Positions 20,369-31,335 are shown, counted from the first letter of the stretch. The stretch is DNA of 64,000 nt from Candidatus Hydrogenedentota bacterium (GCA_963668025.2 CAXXTH010000022.1:128001-192000); one strand, 5' to 3'. A program made the numbers and translations. Notes: generated by a model not told the origin, from the letters alone.

Positions 20369-21130
20369 TTACACTTCGATATCGGCCACGGAATCCAATA
20401 TTTGTGTAGGCTGGTACGGGTATTTTGTCACATCCTCCCGCCGCGTGACGCCCGTTAGCACGAGAATCGTTTCCATGCCGGTTTGCACGCCCGCGATGAC
20501 ATCCGTATCCATGCGGTCGCCGACCATCACCGTGTGTTCCGAATGGACGCCGAGGTAATTGAGCCCCGTCCGCATCATCAAGGGATTCGGTTTGCCGATA
20601 AAGAAGGGCATGCGCCCCGTGGCGCTCTCGATTAATGCGGCCAATGCGCCGCAAGCGGGCACAATGCCGCCATCGCCGGGTCCATTGGAATCGGGATTCG
20701 TGGCAATGAACCGTGCGCCGCTGGCCACCAACCGGCATGCCTTGGTCAGCGTTTCGATGTTATATGCCAGCGGCTCGCCGAGTACGACATAATCGGGTTC
20801 ATGGTCTGTAATGATATATCCTGCTTCATGGATGGCCGAGGTCAGCCCGCTTTCACCGATGACAAACGCAGTGCCCCGGTTTTTCTGAGCTCCTAAAAAA
20901 CGGGCTGTCGCCATTGCTGATGTAAAGATATGCTCGGCGGGAATATCGAGTCCGATGATATGCAGCCGATGGGAAAGGTCGCCGGGCGTATAGATGGGGT
21001 TATTGGTCAACACGAGGAACTTCGCCTCATGCTCGCGTAAGCGTGCGATGAACTCGGCCGCACCGGGGATAGCTTCTTGCCCACGGATCAGAACTCCGTC
21101 CATGTCGATCATGTAATTCTTTTGTGCCAT
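20369..21130 (-). CDS. nagD: HAD-IIA phosphatase, NagD-like
   Basis: DMDGVL, LTNN, GKP, GDRMDTD. Confidence 0.85.
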   Translation of the reverse strand: MAQKNYMIDMDGVLIRGQEAIPGAAEFIARLREHEAKFLVLTNNPIYTPGDLSHRLHIIGLDIPAEHIFTSAMATARFLGAQKNRGTAFVIGESGLTSAIHEAGYIITDHEPDYVVLGEPLAYNIETLTKACRLVASGARFIATNPDSNGPGDGGIVPACGALAALIESATGRMPFFIGKPNPLMMRTGLNYLGVHSEHTVMVGDRMDTDVIAGVQTGMETILVLTGVTRREDVTKYPYQPTQILDSVADIEV

Positions 21131-21213
21131 ATATCTCCCGCCATGTGGTTTCATTTGCCTGTTTGCGCTGGTTCGCCGGGGCAGGGTACCACACCGGCCC
21201 TGGCGGAGACACC

Positions 21214-22704
21214 TTACGGACGTTCAGGAGCCGGGAAAAACTCCGCCCCCGCCAGCGTCGCGGGGAACCGGTCATCCTTGCGCACCAATTCCATGTGCCC
21301 ATCCAGATATAGAACCAGCCGCGTCTGAGCCTGCGGGCCTTCGGGCCCGGTCTTGGTTGAATCGAACAGCAATGGGATTTCGGAAATATACCTGGGGTTT
21401 GCGACGGGATCATTGATATCCGTGATTAAAAAGCGCGCCACGCCTTCGGCCAGCGGAAGTGGGGACGCCCCTCCCGGCAAAGCCGCGCCAGAAGGCTGTT
21501 GTCCTTCATCGATAGCGCGCTGGCGCGCCGCCATGGCAGCCTCCGTGGCGTCACGGACCACCCAGCGTGGGTAGGTGTAGCTGGCGGCGGCGGCGCGGGC
21601 GGCGGTCTCGTAGTCCGGCTCGGGTTTGTCCAGGGCGTCGCGCAAGGTATCCAGCAACGCGTCCGCATCGGGCAACCGGGGATCCACCAATAGCGACAAA
21701 TCCTCTATATAATCCGGATACAGCCCGCGCAGATCGAACATCCAAACGCCGCCAGGCGCGAGGGGTGGATAGTCGCCGCCGTGGTTCTTCGCATACATCT
21801 GCAACGCGATGCCCAACCGCTCCAGATTGTCTAAGGCATCGCCGCGCCGGGCCGCCTCGCGGGAGCGGGCCAGGATGGGCAGCAACACGGCGGCAAGGGC
21901 GAAAATGACGACAATGGCCACCGCCACTTGATAGAAAGGCGCGTGAAGCCAAGGCTGGGCATATTGGCGGTTTTGCTCCTCGGCTGCGACGCGCTGCATG
22001 GCTTGGCCTGTAAGGCCCTCGGGCATGGGCGCGGCAAAAGATGCATCCAAAGCGTGGAGCGCGTTCCGTTCTTCTTCGACGATACGCCGCAAAGCTTCTG
22101 ATTCCGCTAACCGAGTTTCGTATTGCATGCGCGCGCTAGGTTCAAGCATGCCAAGCACATAACGGCGGGCCAATAAGCAGTTGTTCTTCTGGGCTGGCTT
22201 CACATCGGACTCACGCGTCAAAGACTCATAAGCCTTGAGCATTCGACGCTTTACAGCAGTTACAGAAGCGCCGGTGAGCCATGCCGCTTCACCATATTCA
22301 AGGCCCGCGCAACGGATAAGGGCGAAGGCAGCCCGGTATTTGGTTGGGAGCGCCTGCAAAAGGCCTGCGTCATCTGAAGCGGGCTTCATATCTTGCCTTG
22401 TCCACGCATGGCGCGTGGCGCATTGCGCCAATGCCGTGCGGTAGAGCCATGGACGCGCCCGCATGCCTTGCTTGAAGCGCCCCAAGCTTTGGTGGGCCGC
22501 GATGGCGGTTTGCGTGAATACCTGTTCCGCCTCCGCAGGGCTTTCCGATAAGGCGTACAAAAAGGCATATAAGGAAGGCGCGTGCCGCTGCAGGAATGTC
22601 TCAAAAGCGCTTAATTGTCCTTGATGCGCCGCGCCGATAAGGGCTTCATCCGAAAGGCGTGACAAAATGAGCTCATCGCCTTTTTCCGCGTGTATATCAG
22701 TCAT
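21214..22704 (-). CDS. ECF sigma-like / anti-sigma-like / TM / pilin-like (DUF1559, H-X9-DG-type) fusion protein
   Basis: SDEAL..AF..PWLYR (sigma2), LP..YRAAF..GLEYGE..VKRRM (sigma4), YVLGML..E.RL (anti-sigma domain), [42 protein letters not shown]. Confidence 0.75.
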   Translation of the reverse strand: MTDIHAEKGDELILSRLSDEALIGAAHQGQLSAFETFLQRHAPSLYAFLYALSESPAEAEQVFTQTAIAAHQSLGRFKQGMRARPWLYRTALAQCATRHAWTRQDMKPASDDAGLLQALPTKYRAAFALIRCAGLEYGEAAWLTGASVTAVKRRMLKAYESLTRESDVKPAQKNNCLLARRYVLGMLEPSARMQYETRLAESEALRRIVEEERNALHALDASFAAPMPEGLTGQAMQRVAAEEQNRQYAQPWLHAPFYQVAVAIVVIFALAAVLLPILARSREAARRGDALDNLERLGIALQMYAKNHGGDYPPLAPGGVWMFDLRGLYPDYIEDLSLLVDPRLPDADALLDTLRDALDKPEPDYETAARAAAASYTYPRWVVRDATEAAMAARQRAIDEGQQPSGAALPGGASPLPLAEGVARFLITDINDPVANPRYISEIPLLFDSTKTGPEGPQAQTRLVLYLDGHMELVRKDDRFPATLAGAEFFPAPERP

Positions 22705-22879
22705 GCCATATACGCTCCAGGAAGGCGCTTCAATGGAAGGCCGGATTATCAATACTATTCAACCTGGCGCCATTATACCGCCGGAAGCGATAGAGATAAA
22801 CTTAATCGCCGCTTTAATGTCCTGCCTATCATGTGGTATGACTTCCCCCAGGTTTCAGCGGTAGAACGGAGGTAACAAT

Positions 22880-24259
22880 ATGCGTATCACATCTTATGGC
22901 GCGGCGGAAAACGTCACAGGAAGCAAACATCTGCTTGAAGTCAATGGGTACCGCATCTTATTCGATTGCGGCATGTTCCAAGGCAAGCGCGAAGAATCCT
23001 CCATGCGGAACAAGGCTTTGCCATTTCCCGTGGACAGCCTCCACGCCGTGGTGTTAAGCCATGCCCACATCGATCATAGCGGCATTCTGCCCGTTCTGGC
23101 GCGTTATGGCTACAAGGGCCGTGTGTTCACCACCCCGGCCACGCGCGATTTGTGCGCCATCATGCTCCTCGATAGTTCGCACATTCAGGAACGTGATGCG
23201 CGCTGGCTCTCGAAAAAGCACCAGACTTTCGTGCCGCCCATCTATACGGATGAAGATGTCCGCGAGATCATGCGCCATTTCATCAGCATACCCTACGACA
23301 TCGTCATGGAGGTTGCGCCTGGCGTCTGCATCACCTTCAAAGACGCTGGCCACGTCCTCGGTTCGGCCATGGTCCTGGTCGAATTTACGGAAAACGGCAA
23401 GCGCCGCACACTGATTTATAGTGGCGACATTGGCCGGAAAAACATGCCTATCTTGAAAGACCCCTGGGAGCCAGATCATGCCGATGTCGTGATAATGGAG
23501 AGCACCTACGGCAACCGGGATCATGATCCCATCGAGACGCTAGACAACGAACTGGCCGATGTCGTGAACCGAACCTATAACCGGGGCGGGAAAATCGTGG
23601 TGCCCACGTTCGCCCTCGAACGCGCCCAAGAGTTCATATTCGCCCTTAAACGGCTCGAAATGCAGAAGCGCATTCCCCTCATGCCGGTCTATGTGGATAG
23701 CCCGCTGACCGTGAACATCACGGAAGTGTTCCGCCTGCACGCGGACCTTTTCGATGAGGAAATTCGCAAAGTTATGGAGGAATCGGGCGATCCCTTCGAG
23801 TTGCACAACATTGACTACATTCGCAACCTAGAACAGTCCATGGAGTTGAATTCACTTACCAAGCCCGCCATCATCCTCTCGGCGTCGGGCATGTGCGAAT
23901 ATGGCCGTATCTTGCACCATCTGCGCCATAACATCGAAGATGAGCGCAACACCATCCTTATCATCGGATTCCAGGCCAGGAACACCCTCGGACGGCGCAT
24001 CGTCGAGCGCGAACGCGAAGTCCGCATTTTCGGCATCAAACACCGGTTGGATGCCGAAGTGAAAGTGCTCAACTCCTTGAGCGCCCATGCGGGCCGTTCC
24101 GAGCTTCTTGACTTCGGCTCCCGATTCAAGAACAGCGCCGAGCGCATCCTGTTGGTGCATGGTGAGCAGGAGGCCCTGGACGCCTTATCTTCCGGACTCG
24201 CCGAAAGAGGCTGCAACAACGTGGCTATCCAAGAAGAAGCCGTAACCGTCGAGTTATAA
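22880..24259 (+). CDS. MBL-fold beta-CASP ribonuclease
   Basis: SHAHIDH, AGHVLGS, SGDIG, MESTYG, SASGM, SAHA. Confidence 0.92.
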   Translation: MRITSYGAAENVTGSKHLLEVNGYRILFDCGMFQGKREESSMRNKALPFPVDSLHAVVLSHAHIDHSGILPVLARYGYKGRVFTTPATRDLCAIMLLDSSHIQERDARWLSKKHQTFVPPIYTDEDVREIMRHFISIPYDIVMEVAPGVCITFKDAGHVLGSAMVLVEFTENGKRRTLIYSGDIGRKNMPILKDPWEPDHADVVIMESTYGNRDHDPIETLDNELADVVNRTYNRGGKIVVPTFALERAQEFIFALKRLEMQKRIPLMPVYVDSPLTVNITEVFRLHADLFDEEIRKVMEESGDPFELHNIDYIRNLEQSMELNSLTKPAIILSASGMCEYGRILHHLRHNIEDERNTILIIGFQARNTLGRRIVEREREVRIFGIKHRLDAEVKVLNSLSAHAGRSELLDFGSRFKNSAERILLVHGEQEALDALSSGLAERGCNNVAIQEEAVTVEL

Positions 24260-24264
24260 ACGTA

Positions 24265-24303
24265 AACCGGAGAGGACTCGTGCTGCGGGCCCTCTCCGGC
24301 TTC
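24265..24303 (+). terminator. Hairpin after the beta-CASP gene
   Basis: CCGGAGAGG..CCTCTCCGG stem. Confidence 0.55.
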
Positions 24304-24364
24304 ACTCATTCATCATGCGCTGGTTCTATTAGGAGCATGGATGCCTGCTCATAATTCGTTCTAT

Positions 24365-24798
24365 ACATGAGGGTGACTTCAATCTACCCATGACCTTCTC
24401 TCCTTCACGGGTGCGCTCAATGCTTTCTTTGAAGGAAGCCCACCTCCATTTTAAGCCGCCCTATTTCCTGATAGAGTGGAGCCGTAAGCCCATCCGCATC
24501 CGGCACCGCTCCTGAATGCCCCCCGTTCGAAGAGCTGGGCGGCATTCTCCAGCAGCAGTTTCTTCCACTACGTGATTTGGGTGGGATGCACCTTGTCACG
24601 CGCCGACAGTTCGCTCAGCGAATGGACGCCTTTCACTGCATCGAGCGCCACCTTGGCCTTGAACTTATTGGAATCATTCTTTCTCGTCTGACCCATCTCT
24701 TGGACTCCTTTTCCGGACATTGTCCGGAGTGGCGGCCAGCCATGCAAACAGGCCTTCCTCCTTCTTAACCACCTGTCCGAAAATTGGGGATAATTTCA
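24365..24798 (-). mobile_element. Truncated IS3-family insertion sequence (left end plus decayed orfA)
   Basis: Minus strand starts TGAAATTATCCCCAATTTTCGGACA (IS3-type TG end); AAGGAG RBS; MGQTRK..FKAKVALDA..HPTQIT*WKK..LYQEIGRLKME with a stop and a frameshift. Confidence 0.8.
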
Positions 24799-24815
24799 GA
24801 CCTGCGTCGGTGAGC

Positions 24816-25484
24816 TTAACCCATAGCATGCCGCAGGACAAAGATAATCAAGAATTTAGAGATGACTTCCGCTACCAGGAGCCCCACGATGAATCCCACG
24901 GCCGAGCGCCAGCCGCGCACGTTACACGACACCGCGAATGCGCGATACATAAGCGCCACCATCCACACGAGCATGATGATCATAAAACAGATGACGATGA
25001 GAAACTGTGCAAAATCCACAATATTTGCGCCAGAGGGCAGCAAATCCATAGGTGTGGCGGCTGGGGTTGCGATTTGCTGCATAAAGTGCTTGTTTATTGC
25101 TTCGGTGAAGCGGCCATAGCCAGGCAGCAGGGCAAATAATACAGAAAACAAGGAAGGTGTTCGGGCAATAGCTTGGGTGCCGAATACATCGACCATGCGC
25201 ACGTTGCTGGTCGAGATAATTTTTCCAATAATGAACAACACGGCGCTCAAGGCCAGCCAATCGATAAGAACCTCCGTGGGAAATGCCCACCACGAAGCTG
25301 ATGCGCCGGTGTGAAAATCGAGTACGCCGTCGAAATGGCTGTTGGAGAGTGCTCCGACGAGACCGGTGGTGATGAGCATAACCACCCCCCATGCGAGGGC
25401 CGCGCCGCCTGCAACGTAATAAAAGGGATTGAAAAGCCAAGTCACTAACCGGCGTCGCTGCAACAGATTGGCTTCATTGCTCAT
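24816..25484 (-). CDS. Membrane protein, YIP1-like
   Basis: About five hydrophobic segments; LFNPF and HFDGVLDFH motifs; GGAG RBS. Confidence 0.6.
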   Translation of the reverse strand: MSNEANLLQRRRLVTWLFNPFYYVAGGAALAWGVVMLITTGLVGALSNSHFDGVLDFHTGASASWWAFPTEVLIDWLALSAVLFIIGKIISTSNVRMVDVFGTQAIARTPSLFSVLFALLPGYGRFTEAINKHFMQQIATPAATPMDLLPSGANIVDFAQFLIVICFMIIMLVWMVALMYRAFAVSCNVRGWRSAVGFIVGLLVAEVISKFLIIFVLRHAMG

Positions 25485-25510
25485 GGTTCGATACTCCATT
25501 TCGTTTTCAG

Positions 25511-25783
25511 TTACTCCAGTTCCTTGATGCGTGCGATAACCGCATCCAGGCGATTGCGCACGGTCGGATACGACAGGCCATACGCCTTGGCCACATCTTT
25601 TAGGCTGCCACCACAAAGGACAAGCGTCCGAACGAACGCTTGTTCCTCTTCCGTAAGGCGGGCCAGGAGTGGCAGTCCGAATCGGCCTTCCACCACGGTT
25701 TCACATCCTGGACAGGTGAGCCGCGTGACGTCCAAGGGCTGGCTGCAACTAGGGCACATTATGGGTAGCCGTTTGTTTTCCAT
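25511..25783 (-). CDS. DUF2089 family protein (Zn ribbon plus HTH)
   Basis: CPSC..CPGC, GSLK.VAK.YG.SYPTVRNRLD. Confidence 0.85.
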   Translation of the reverse strand: MENKRLPIMCPSCSQPLDVTRLTCPGCETVVEGRFGLPLLARLTEEEQAFVRTLVLCGGSLKDVAKAYGLSYPTVRNRLDAVIARIKELE

Positions 25784-25988
25784 GTGGATATTATGACATA
25801 CTTGTTTAATAAAATTCAATACTGTTTTTAAATATTTGATTATAAGATGCTTTTTATTTATTTCGTACGTCGCATGTCGCATTTAGGGGACATGGAGGCT
25901 CTTTCATACAGAGTCTATTCGGAGGATACGGCAAAATAACGACGTGTCGAGGTACCGTTTGGGGGCTTCTTCGGCTGTATGAGGTGAA

Positions 25989-26522
25989 ATGGACCCGGTG
26001 TTGACAGATGCGGAACTGGTGAAGGCTGTCCTTGCGGGAAAAGGAGCGGCGTACGGAGACCTTATCAGGCGGTACGAACGATCAGTCCGTGCTGCGACTC
26101 TTGCGGTATTGGGCGACTTCCACGCCGCGGAGGACGCCACTCAAGAAACGTTTGTCGTTGCGTACCGGAAGCTCGATGCCCTGCTGCGGCCTTCCGCCTT
26201 CGGCGCTTGGGTATTGCGAATCGCACACCGCCAAGCGTTGCGGGCTGTCCGGAAACACCGGGCAGCCGAAACGCTCGATCCGAATGTGGCTGTTCAGGCG
26301 CCTCATAACGGACGGCTGGATGAGGATTCGGAAGGCCTTCTCACCGCCGTGGCCGCGCTGCCAGAGCACGAACGGCGTGTTGTCATGTTGCATTACTTCG
26401 ATGGGCACAGTGTGGCCGTCATCTCGGCGATGTGTGGCCGGCCTCTTGGTACGGTGACGAAACAACTCGCGCGCGCCCGCGAACGATTGCGGGGCAGGCT
26501 CTGTAAGGAGGCGAAACCATGA
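25989..26522 (+). CDS. ECF sigma-70 factor
   Basis: AEDATQETF, FGAWVLRIA, LP..R..LHYF.G, GTVTKQLARAR. Confidence 0.92.
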   Translation: MDPVLTDAELVKAVLAGKGAAYGDLIRRYERSVRAATLAVLGDFHAAEDATQETFVVAYRKLDALLRPSAFGAWVLRIAHRQALRAVRKHRAAETLDPNVAVQAPHNGRLDEDSEGLLTAVAALPEHERRVVMLHYFDGHSVAVISAMCGRPLGTVTKQLARARERLRGRLCKEAKP

Positions 26523-27410
26523 CAACCAAAGACACGCTTGAGCAGCGGCTTGCACGCCTTGGACGCACCCTTGCAGACGAGGTTTCCGTCGCCGATACGG
26601 TCATGAAGCGTATAACGGAATGCACCCCCCCTGGCGCGAGGCGTTCGAACCGGCGTCCCATGTGGCTGTTCAAGCCTGCGCTGATCCTGGGTTCGCTTGT
26701 GGCGGCGGCGCTAGTCTACGAGTTCGCGAAGTTTGCCGGTCTCGTGAGTATTACCGGCCGCGCATGGGCTGCGGCGGAGGCCACACCCGACCCACATAAA
26801 ATGATAATTTCGATCGCCGCAGTTTTAGTGCTGGCCGTGTTTTTTTTGGTGATGTTTGTCAACATTCCCACCGCGCTGTGGCGGCGCACGCACACAAGAC
26901 GATACCCATTACTCTGGATTGCTGGTGTCGGCGGCGCTATCGCCTTCCTGATGGGTTCTGTGGCGTGGCAGTGGAACACCGCGCCCTGTCCCGTGGGAAT
27001 CGATGAGACCCTCGAAGTGAGAGGCGGCAACAGCCCGTTGGTTATTCTTGGGATACGGATGGAGCCACCCGCGGGGGATAGCGGCACTATCGAATTGGAT
27101 GTCCGTAACGACGGTCCTACACAGCAATTTTTGGCGTTTGCATACTATGCGAAATGGCGGCACATTCTTGGGAGGGTTCTTCCACCCTGGTGCCAGCGGC
27201 GGCGGAAAGGTCAAGCGCGTGCCTCCCCATTGGTCAGGCACTATCGAGTTTGACCTTCGCTTTCCCCCACGGTTTGGATACAGCGGCAGGATAGAGATCC
27301 AGATAGGCGGCGCTGTGGTGTCACAAGAACAGGATTTTATAGTGGGGTTGCCGCCTGAGTTTGAAATCTTGTACAAGAAGCGGTTTGTTCTAGTTCCAGA
27401 AGGCGGATGA
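26519..27410 (+). CDS. Putative membrane anti-sigma factor, frameshifted near 27153
   Basis: ATGA overlap with the sigma gene; three TM segments; removing one A from GCGAAATGGC joins 26519-27253 to the tail of the 27048-27410 frame. Confidence 0.55.
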
Positions 27411-27468
27411 TAATTATCCACGGCCTGAAAATTTGATTTCCCCATCCACTTGCCCCATAGTGGTTTAT

Positions 27469-27853
27469 ATGGCTCGATTCGAAGTACATAGCAGCACGGG
27501 CGGACGTCCGGGACAATATCGCGCTTTCGAGCGGGGGGCCGTTGGTGGACATCGTCGGATGGGGCATTGCCCTGTTTGCGTTTTTGTTGGTATCCGGCGC
27601 GGTGCTGATAGGGCTCGTGATAGCGACGGTATTACGTTTGGCGGGCTGGCTATTTCTGTTCTTTATAAGACCGCCCCGCCATGCCAGCGTGGACCCATCG
27701 CATGCTTCTCCCCAGCCGTCCTTTCACCAGGAAGAGATCATCGAGGGCGAGTTCCGCGTCATCTCAGACAACTCCAACACCGAAGCTCCCAGTTCTCAAG
27801 ACCCTAAACCCCAAACCCTAACTTGCATTGCACGCTTGTCTTATCTAGGATAG
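27469..27853 (+). CDS. Small membrane protein, frameshifted at the G6 run 27533-27538
   Basis: MARFEVH..FERG / PLVDIVGWG.. TM segments and IIEGEFRV motif. Confidence 0.5.
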
Positions 27854-27859
27854 GGGGGC

Positions 27860-29048
27860 ATGGTCCTAACGCAAGAACAGCGGGAATGGCTTTCCCTCAC
27901 GCTCGTACCAGGCGTGGGGTCGGCGGCGTTTATCCGGCTGCTGGCCCGGTTTCACACGCCGGGGCAGGTGCTGCAAGCGCCATATGAGCAGCTTCGCGAG
28001 ATGGTGGGCAAGGAATTAGCCCAGCGCATCGCGCAATACACGGACGTGGTGGATATCGAGGGACAGGAACGCGCCATGGCCCGTTGCGGGCGCGAAGCTT
28101 ATCACGCTTGAAGACCCTGCCTATCCCTTGCGCCTTGCGGAGATCTATGATCCGCCGTTGGCGTTGTTCATGCGGGGCGATTTGCGGGACGAGGATGCGT
28201 GGTGCGTGTGCATCGTCGGCACGCGGCAAGCCACGCCGTATGGCCTGCACGCGGCGGAGAAATTTGGCCGCGAACTGGCGGCTCGGGGCATCACCGTGGT
28301 GAGTGGCATGGCGATGGGCATCGACACGGCGGCCCATCGCGGGGCCATCAGCGCGGGCGGGCGCACCATCGCAATCCTGGGCTGCGGCGTGGACGTGGTG
28401 TATCCCTCTCGCAACCGCGAATTGATGGAAGACATCATCCGGCACGGATGCGTGCTGTCGCAGTTCGCCATGGGCATGCAACCATCGAAAGGGCATTTTC
28501 CGTACCGGAACCGCATCATCAGCGGGATGAGCATGGGCACGCTCGTGGTCGAAGCGCCCGAGCGAAGCGGGGCGTTGATCACGGCCAAGCAGGCGGCGGA
28601 ACAGGGCCGCGAGGTATTCGCCGTGCCTGGCTCGATAGGCTCGGAATGCAGCGCTGGGCCGCACCGGCTCATCCAGGAAGGTGCAAAACTGGTCCAGTGC
28701 GTGGATGATATCTTGATGGATCTGGAACTTCCCGGCGTACACGTGGCGGCAGTGCGCCTCCCCGAACCAACAACATCCGCAGAACCGGCGGTGCGTCCAG
28801 CGCTGCGTATAACAGAACCTCAACCGCTCACCCCGCCTGTGATGGCTCCGGCTGCCCCTCCCAATCCTCCGGCGTTATCACCCGAGGAAAAGGGCGTGCT
28901 GTCCGTATTGGCATCGGAAGGGTCTTACGTGGACGAGATCGCCATGGCGTGCCGGGTGTCCATATCTGAAGCCTTGAGCGCTCTTACGATGCTCGAGATG
29001 AAGGGCCTTGTGCGTCAATACAGCGGCAAACGCTTCGCGCCGAAATGA
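27860..29048 (+). CDS. dprA: DNA-processing protein DprA, split by a +1 frameshift at GGG 28088-28090
   Basis: VGTR, SGMAMGID, FPYRNRIISG, SGALITA, VFAVPG; removing one G gives a continuous ARCGAKLITLEDPAYPLRL. Confidence 0.9.
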
Positions 29049-30062
29049 ATGCACGGCATGCGAGCTAAATTCCACGAGATCGCTGAAAAGGTCCGCCGGG
29101 GCGAACCGCTCCCTTGGGCATGGGCGGCGGTATTGTCGGCGGCGGTTCCGGTGGTGCGCTTGGGCATGTGGCGGCGGCTGCGCCAGCCACGAGAGCGCGT
29201 CGAAGCGCGGGTCATCAGTTTTGGCAACATCACGGCGGGCGGCACGGGCAAAACACCCGCCGTCATCGAGCGGGCGCGGGCGGAACTCAATGCCGGGCAT
29301 CACGTGGCCGTATTGACGCGTGGTTATGGCAGCCGAGGAGGCGGCCAGCCGGAACTGCTCATGCCGGGTAAACAACCCAATGGCGCGCATCCCTGGCTAG
29401 GCGACGAACCGGCATTGATAGCCCGGCGCGCGCCGGGGGTGGTGGTCGTGCGGTGCCGCGACCGCGTGGCGGGCGCATGGGCGGCCATCGAGCAGACGGG
29501 ATGCGATACGCTCATTTTAGACGATGGCTTCCAGTATGTGCGGCTCGAACGGGATGAAAACATTGTATTGATCGACGCTACGAATCCTTTCGGCAATGGT
29601 TGCCTGCTGCCACGTGGCATTATGCGAGAACCGCTTGAAGCCTTGGCGCGCGCCACTCAATTTATCCTGACGCGGTGCGACCAAGCGCGGGATCTGGCCG
29701 AGTTAAAGGCGCAACTCGCTGTATGGTGTCCGTATGCCCCCATACGCTGTACGCGGCATGCGCCCACGGAATTGTGGAGAGTATCCGATGGCGCGCACAT
29801 GCCTGCGGCGGAATTGAGGGAGCGGCAAGTATCCGCGTGTTGCGCTATCGGCAATCCGGATGCTTTTTTCCACACGTTGGAGGATTTGGGTGCGCGATTG
29901 GAAACCAAGCTGGCGTTCCCCGATCATGGCGTAATCCCTATCGAAGGCATCCCCACAAAAACCTTGGTTATCACCACGGAAAAGGACGCCATGCGCATGA
30001 GCAACCCGCCAGATAATGTATGGGCGCTGGGGATTGAATTGCAGGACTTGGAGGAAGAATAG
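29049..30062 (+). CDS. lpxK: Tetraacyldisaccharide 4'-kinase
   Basis: GNITAGGTGKTP, RGYG, GDEP, LDDGFQ, FPDH, TEKD. Confidence 0.93.
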   Translation: MHGMRAKFHEIAEKVRRGEPLPWAWAAVLSAAVPVVRLGMWRRLRQPRERVEARVISFGNITAGGTGKTPAVIERARAELNAGHHVAVLTRGYGSRGGGQPELLMPGKQPNGAHPWLGDEPALIARRAPGVVVVRCRDRVAGAWAAIEQTGCDTLILDDGFQYVRLERDENIVLIDATNPFGNGCLLPRGIMREPLEALARATQFILTRCDQARDLAELKAQLAVWCPYAPIRCTRHAPTELWRVSDGAHMPAAELRERQVSACCAIGNPDAFFHTLEDLGARLETKLAFPDHGVIPIEGIPTKTLVITTEKDAMRMSNPPDNVWALGIELQDLEEE

Positions 30063-30166
30063 CTTGGCCACAAGAAGCGCAAAAGACACAAGATAGCTTT
30101 TGCGTTACTTTTGCTTTTTAAGGCTATTCCTGTTTGATGACTCCCCATCTCTGATATACTTCCCGC

Positions 30167-30886
30167 ATGGAACAGCCTACATTTTCTATCGTGATTCCCG
30201 CGTATGACGAGGAGCAATTTTTGCCCGCGTGCCTGGACGCCATCGAACGGGCGCAACAGCAACTGGGCGAAGCGGTCGAGGTCATCGTCGTCGATAATGC
30301 CAGCCGCGACCGGACCGCCGCCGTCGCTATCGAGCGCGGGGCCAAGGTGGTGTTGGACGAACGAAAATGCTTATCAGCCATCCGAAATGCCGGAGCGGCC
30401 CAGGCCACGGGAAAATATCTTGCGTTCATCGACGCGGACAGCATCATGTCGGACAACATGCTGGCCGAGATCAAACGCATAATGGATTCCGGGCGGTACG
30501 TGGGCGGCGGCGTATCGCGGGTGTGGAGCGACCGTGTTTCGCTGGGCATCCTGTGCAGCGTGATTGTTTTTTCGCCGGTGCTCTTGTGGTATGGCGTCGC
30601 GGCCGTCATGTTTTATACGACCCCAGAAGCCTTTCGAGCCATTGGCGGATTTAATGAAAATTTGTATGCAGCGGAAGACCTCGATTTCGGCGTACGCTTG
30701 AAGCTGCTGGGCAAAACGCGGGGCCAGCGGTATAAAGGCATATGGCGCGCCTGGGTGACGACTTCGGCGCGCAAGTTTGATGAATTCGGCGATTGGTTCT
30801 TGTTCCGCCGCATACGGATGGTGCTGCGCATCATACGGAATGACCGGGAAAGCGCGAACGAGTATTGGTACCGTCCAAGGCGGTAG
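30167..30886 (+). CDS. GT2 family glycosyltransferase
   Basis: SIVIPAYDE, VVDNASRD, RNAGA, FIDAD, ED. Confidence 0.9.
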   Translation: MEQPTFSIVIPAYDEEQFLPACLDAIERAQQQLGEAVEVIVVDNASRDRTAAVAIERGAKVVLDERKCLSAIRNAGAAQATGKYLAFIDADSIMSDNMLAEIKRIMDSGRYVGGGVSRVWSDRVSLGILCSVIVFSPVLLWYGVAAVMFYTTPEAFRAIGGFNENLYAAEDLDFGVRLKLLGKTRGQRYKGIWRAWVTTSARKFDEFGDWFLFRRIRMVLRIIRNDRESANEYWYRPRR

Positions 30887-30906
30887 AGCTTTTGAAAGGA
30901 ATGCAC

Positions 30907-31218
30907 ATGATCTACGTTATCGCTACGATTCAAGTGAAACCTGGGCAGCGGGACGATTTCCTCGCCATATTCAACCGCAACGTGCCGAATGTGCTGGCGG
31001 AGGACGGTTGTATTGCCTATGGCCCGGCGGTGGATGTGGCATCGGGCTTGGCCGTCCAACCGCCGCTTCGAGAAAACACAGCAGTAATCATGGAGCAGTG
31101 GGAAAGCACCGCGCATCTGCGCGCCCATTTGAAGACGCCGCACATGGCGGCGTACCGGGAAGAAGTGAAGGATATGGTCGAGAGCACGATGGTGCAGGTG
31201 CTCGAGCCTAAGGCTTAG
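30907..31218 (+). CDS. Antibiotic biosynthesis monooxygenase / putative quinol monooxygenase
   Basis: E.GC..Y, EQWES..HL.AHLKTPHM. Confidence 0.85.
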   Translation: MIYVIATIQVKPGQRDDFLAIFNRNVPNVLAEDGCIAYGPAVDVASGLAVQPPLRENTAVIMEQWESTAHLRAHLKTPHMAAYREEVKDMVESTMVQVLEPKA

Positions 31219-31228
31219 GGGGGAGCGG

Positions 31229-31272
31229 CCGGATCAGCCGGATCAGTCAGATCTGCCGGATCGTCCTAGATC
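31229..31272. repeat. Degenerate 9-nt tandem repeat built on GATC
   Basis: CCGGATCAG CCGGATCAG TCAGATCTG CCGGATCGT CCTAGATC. Confidence 0.6.
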
Positions 31273-31335
31273 ATTTTTGCATAATCTGTTATACTAAAGC
31301 AGGTTCAAGGAGAAAACCATGGGGAGCATGCAGCC

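Noticed and set aside
27860-29048. Programmed frameshifting in dprA
   Set aside because: Only a GGG run with no slippery heptamer, and two neighbouring genes show the same +1 pattern.
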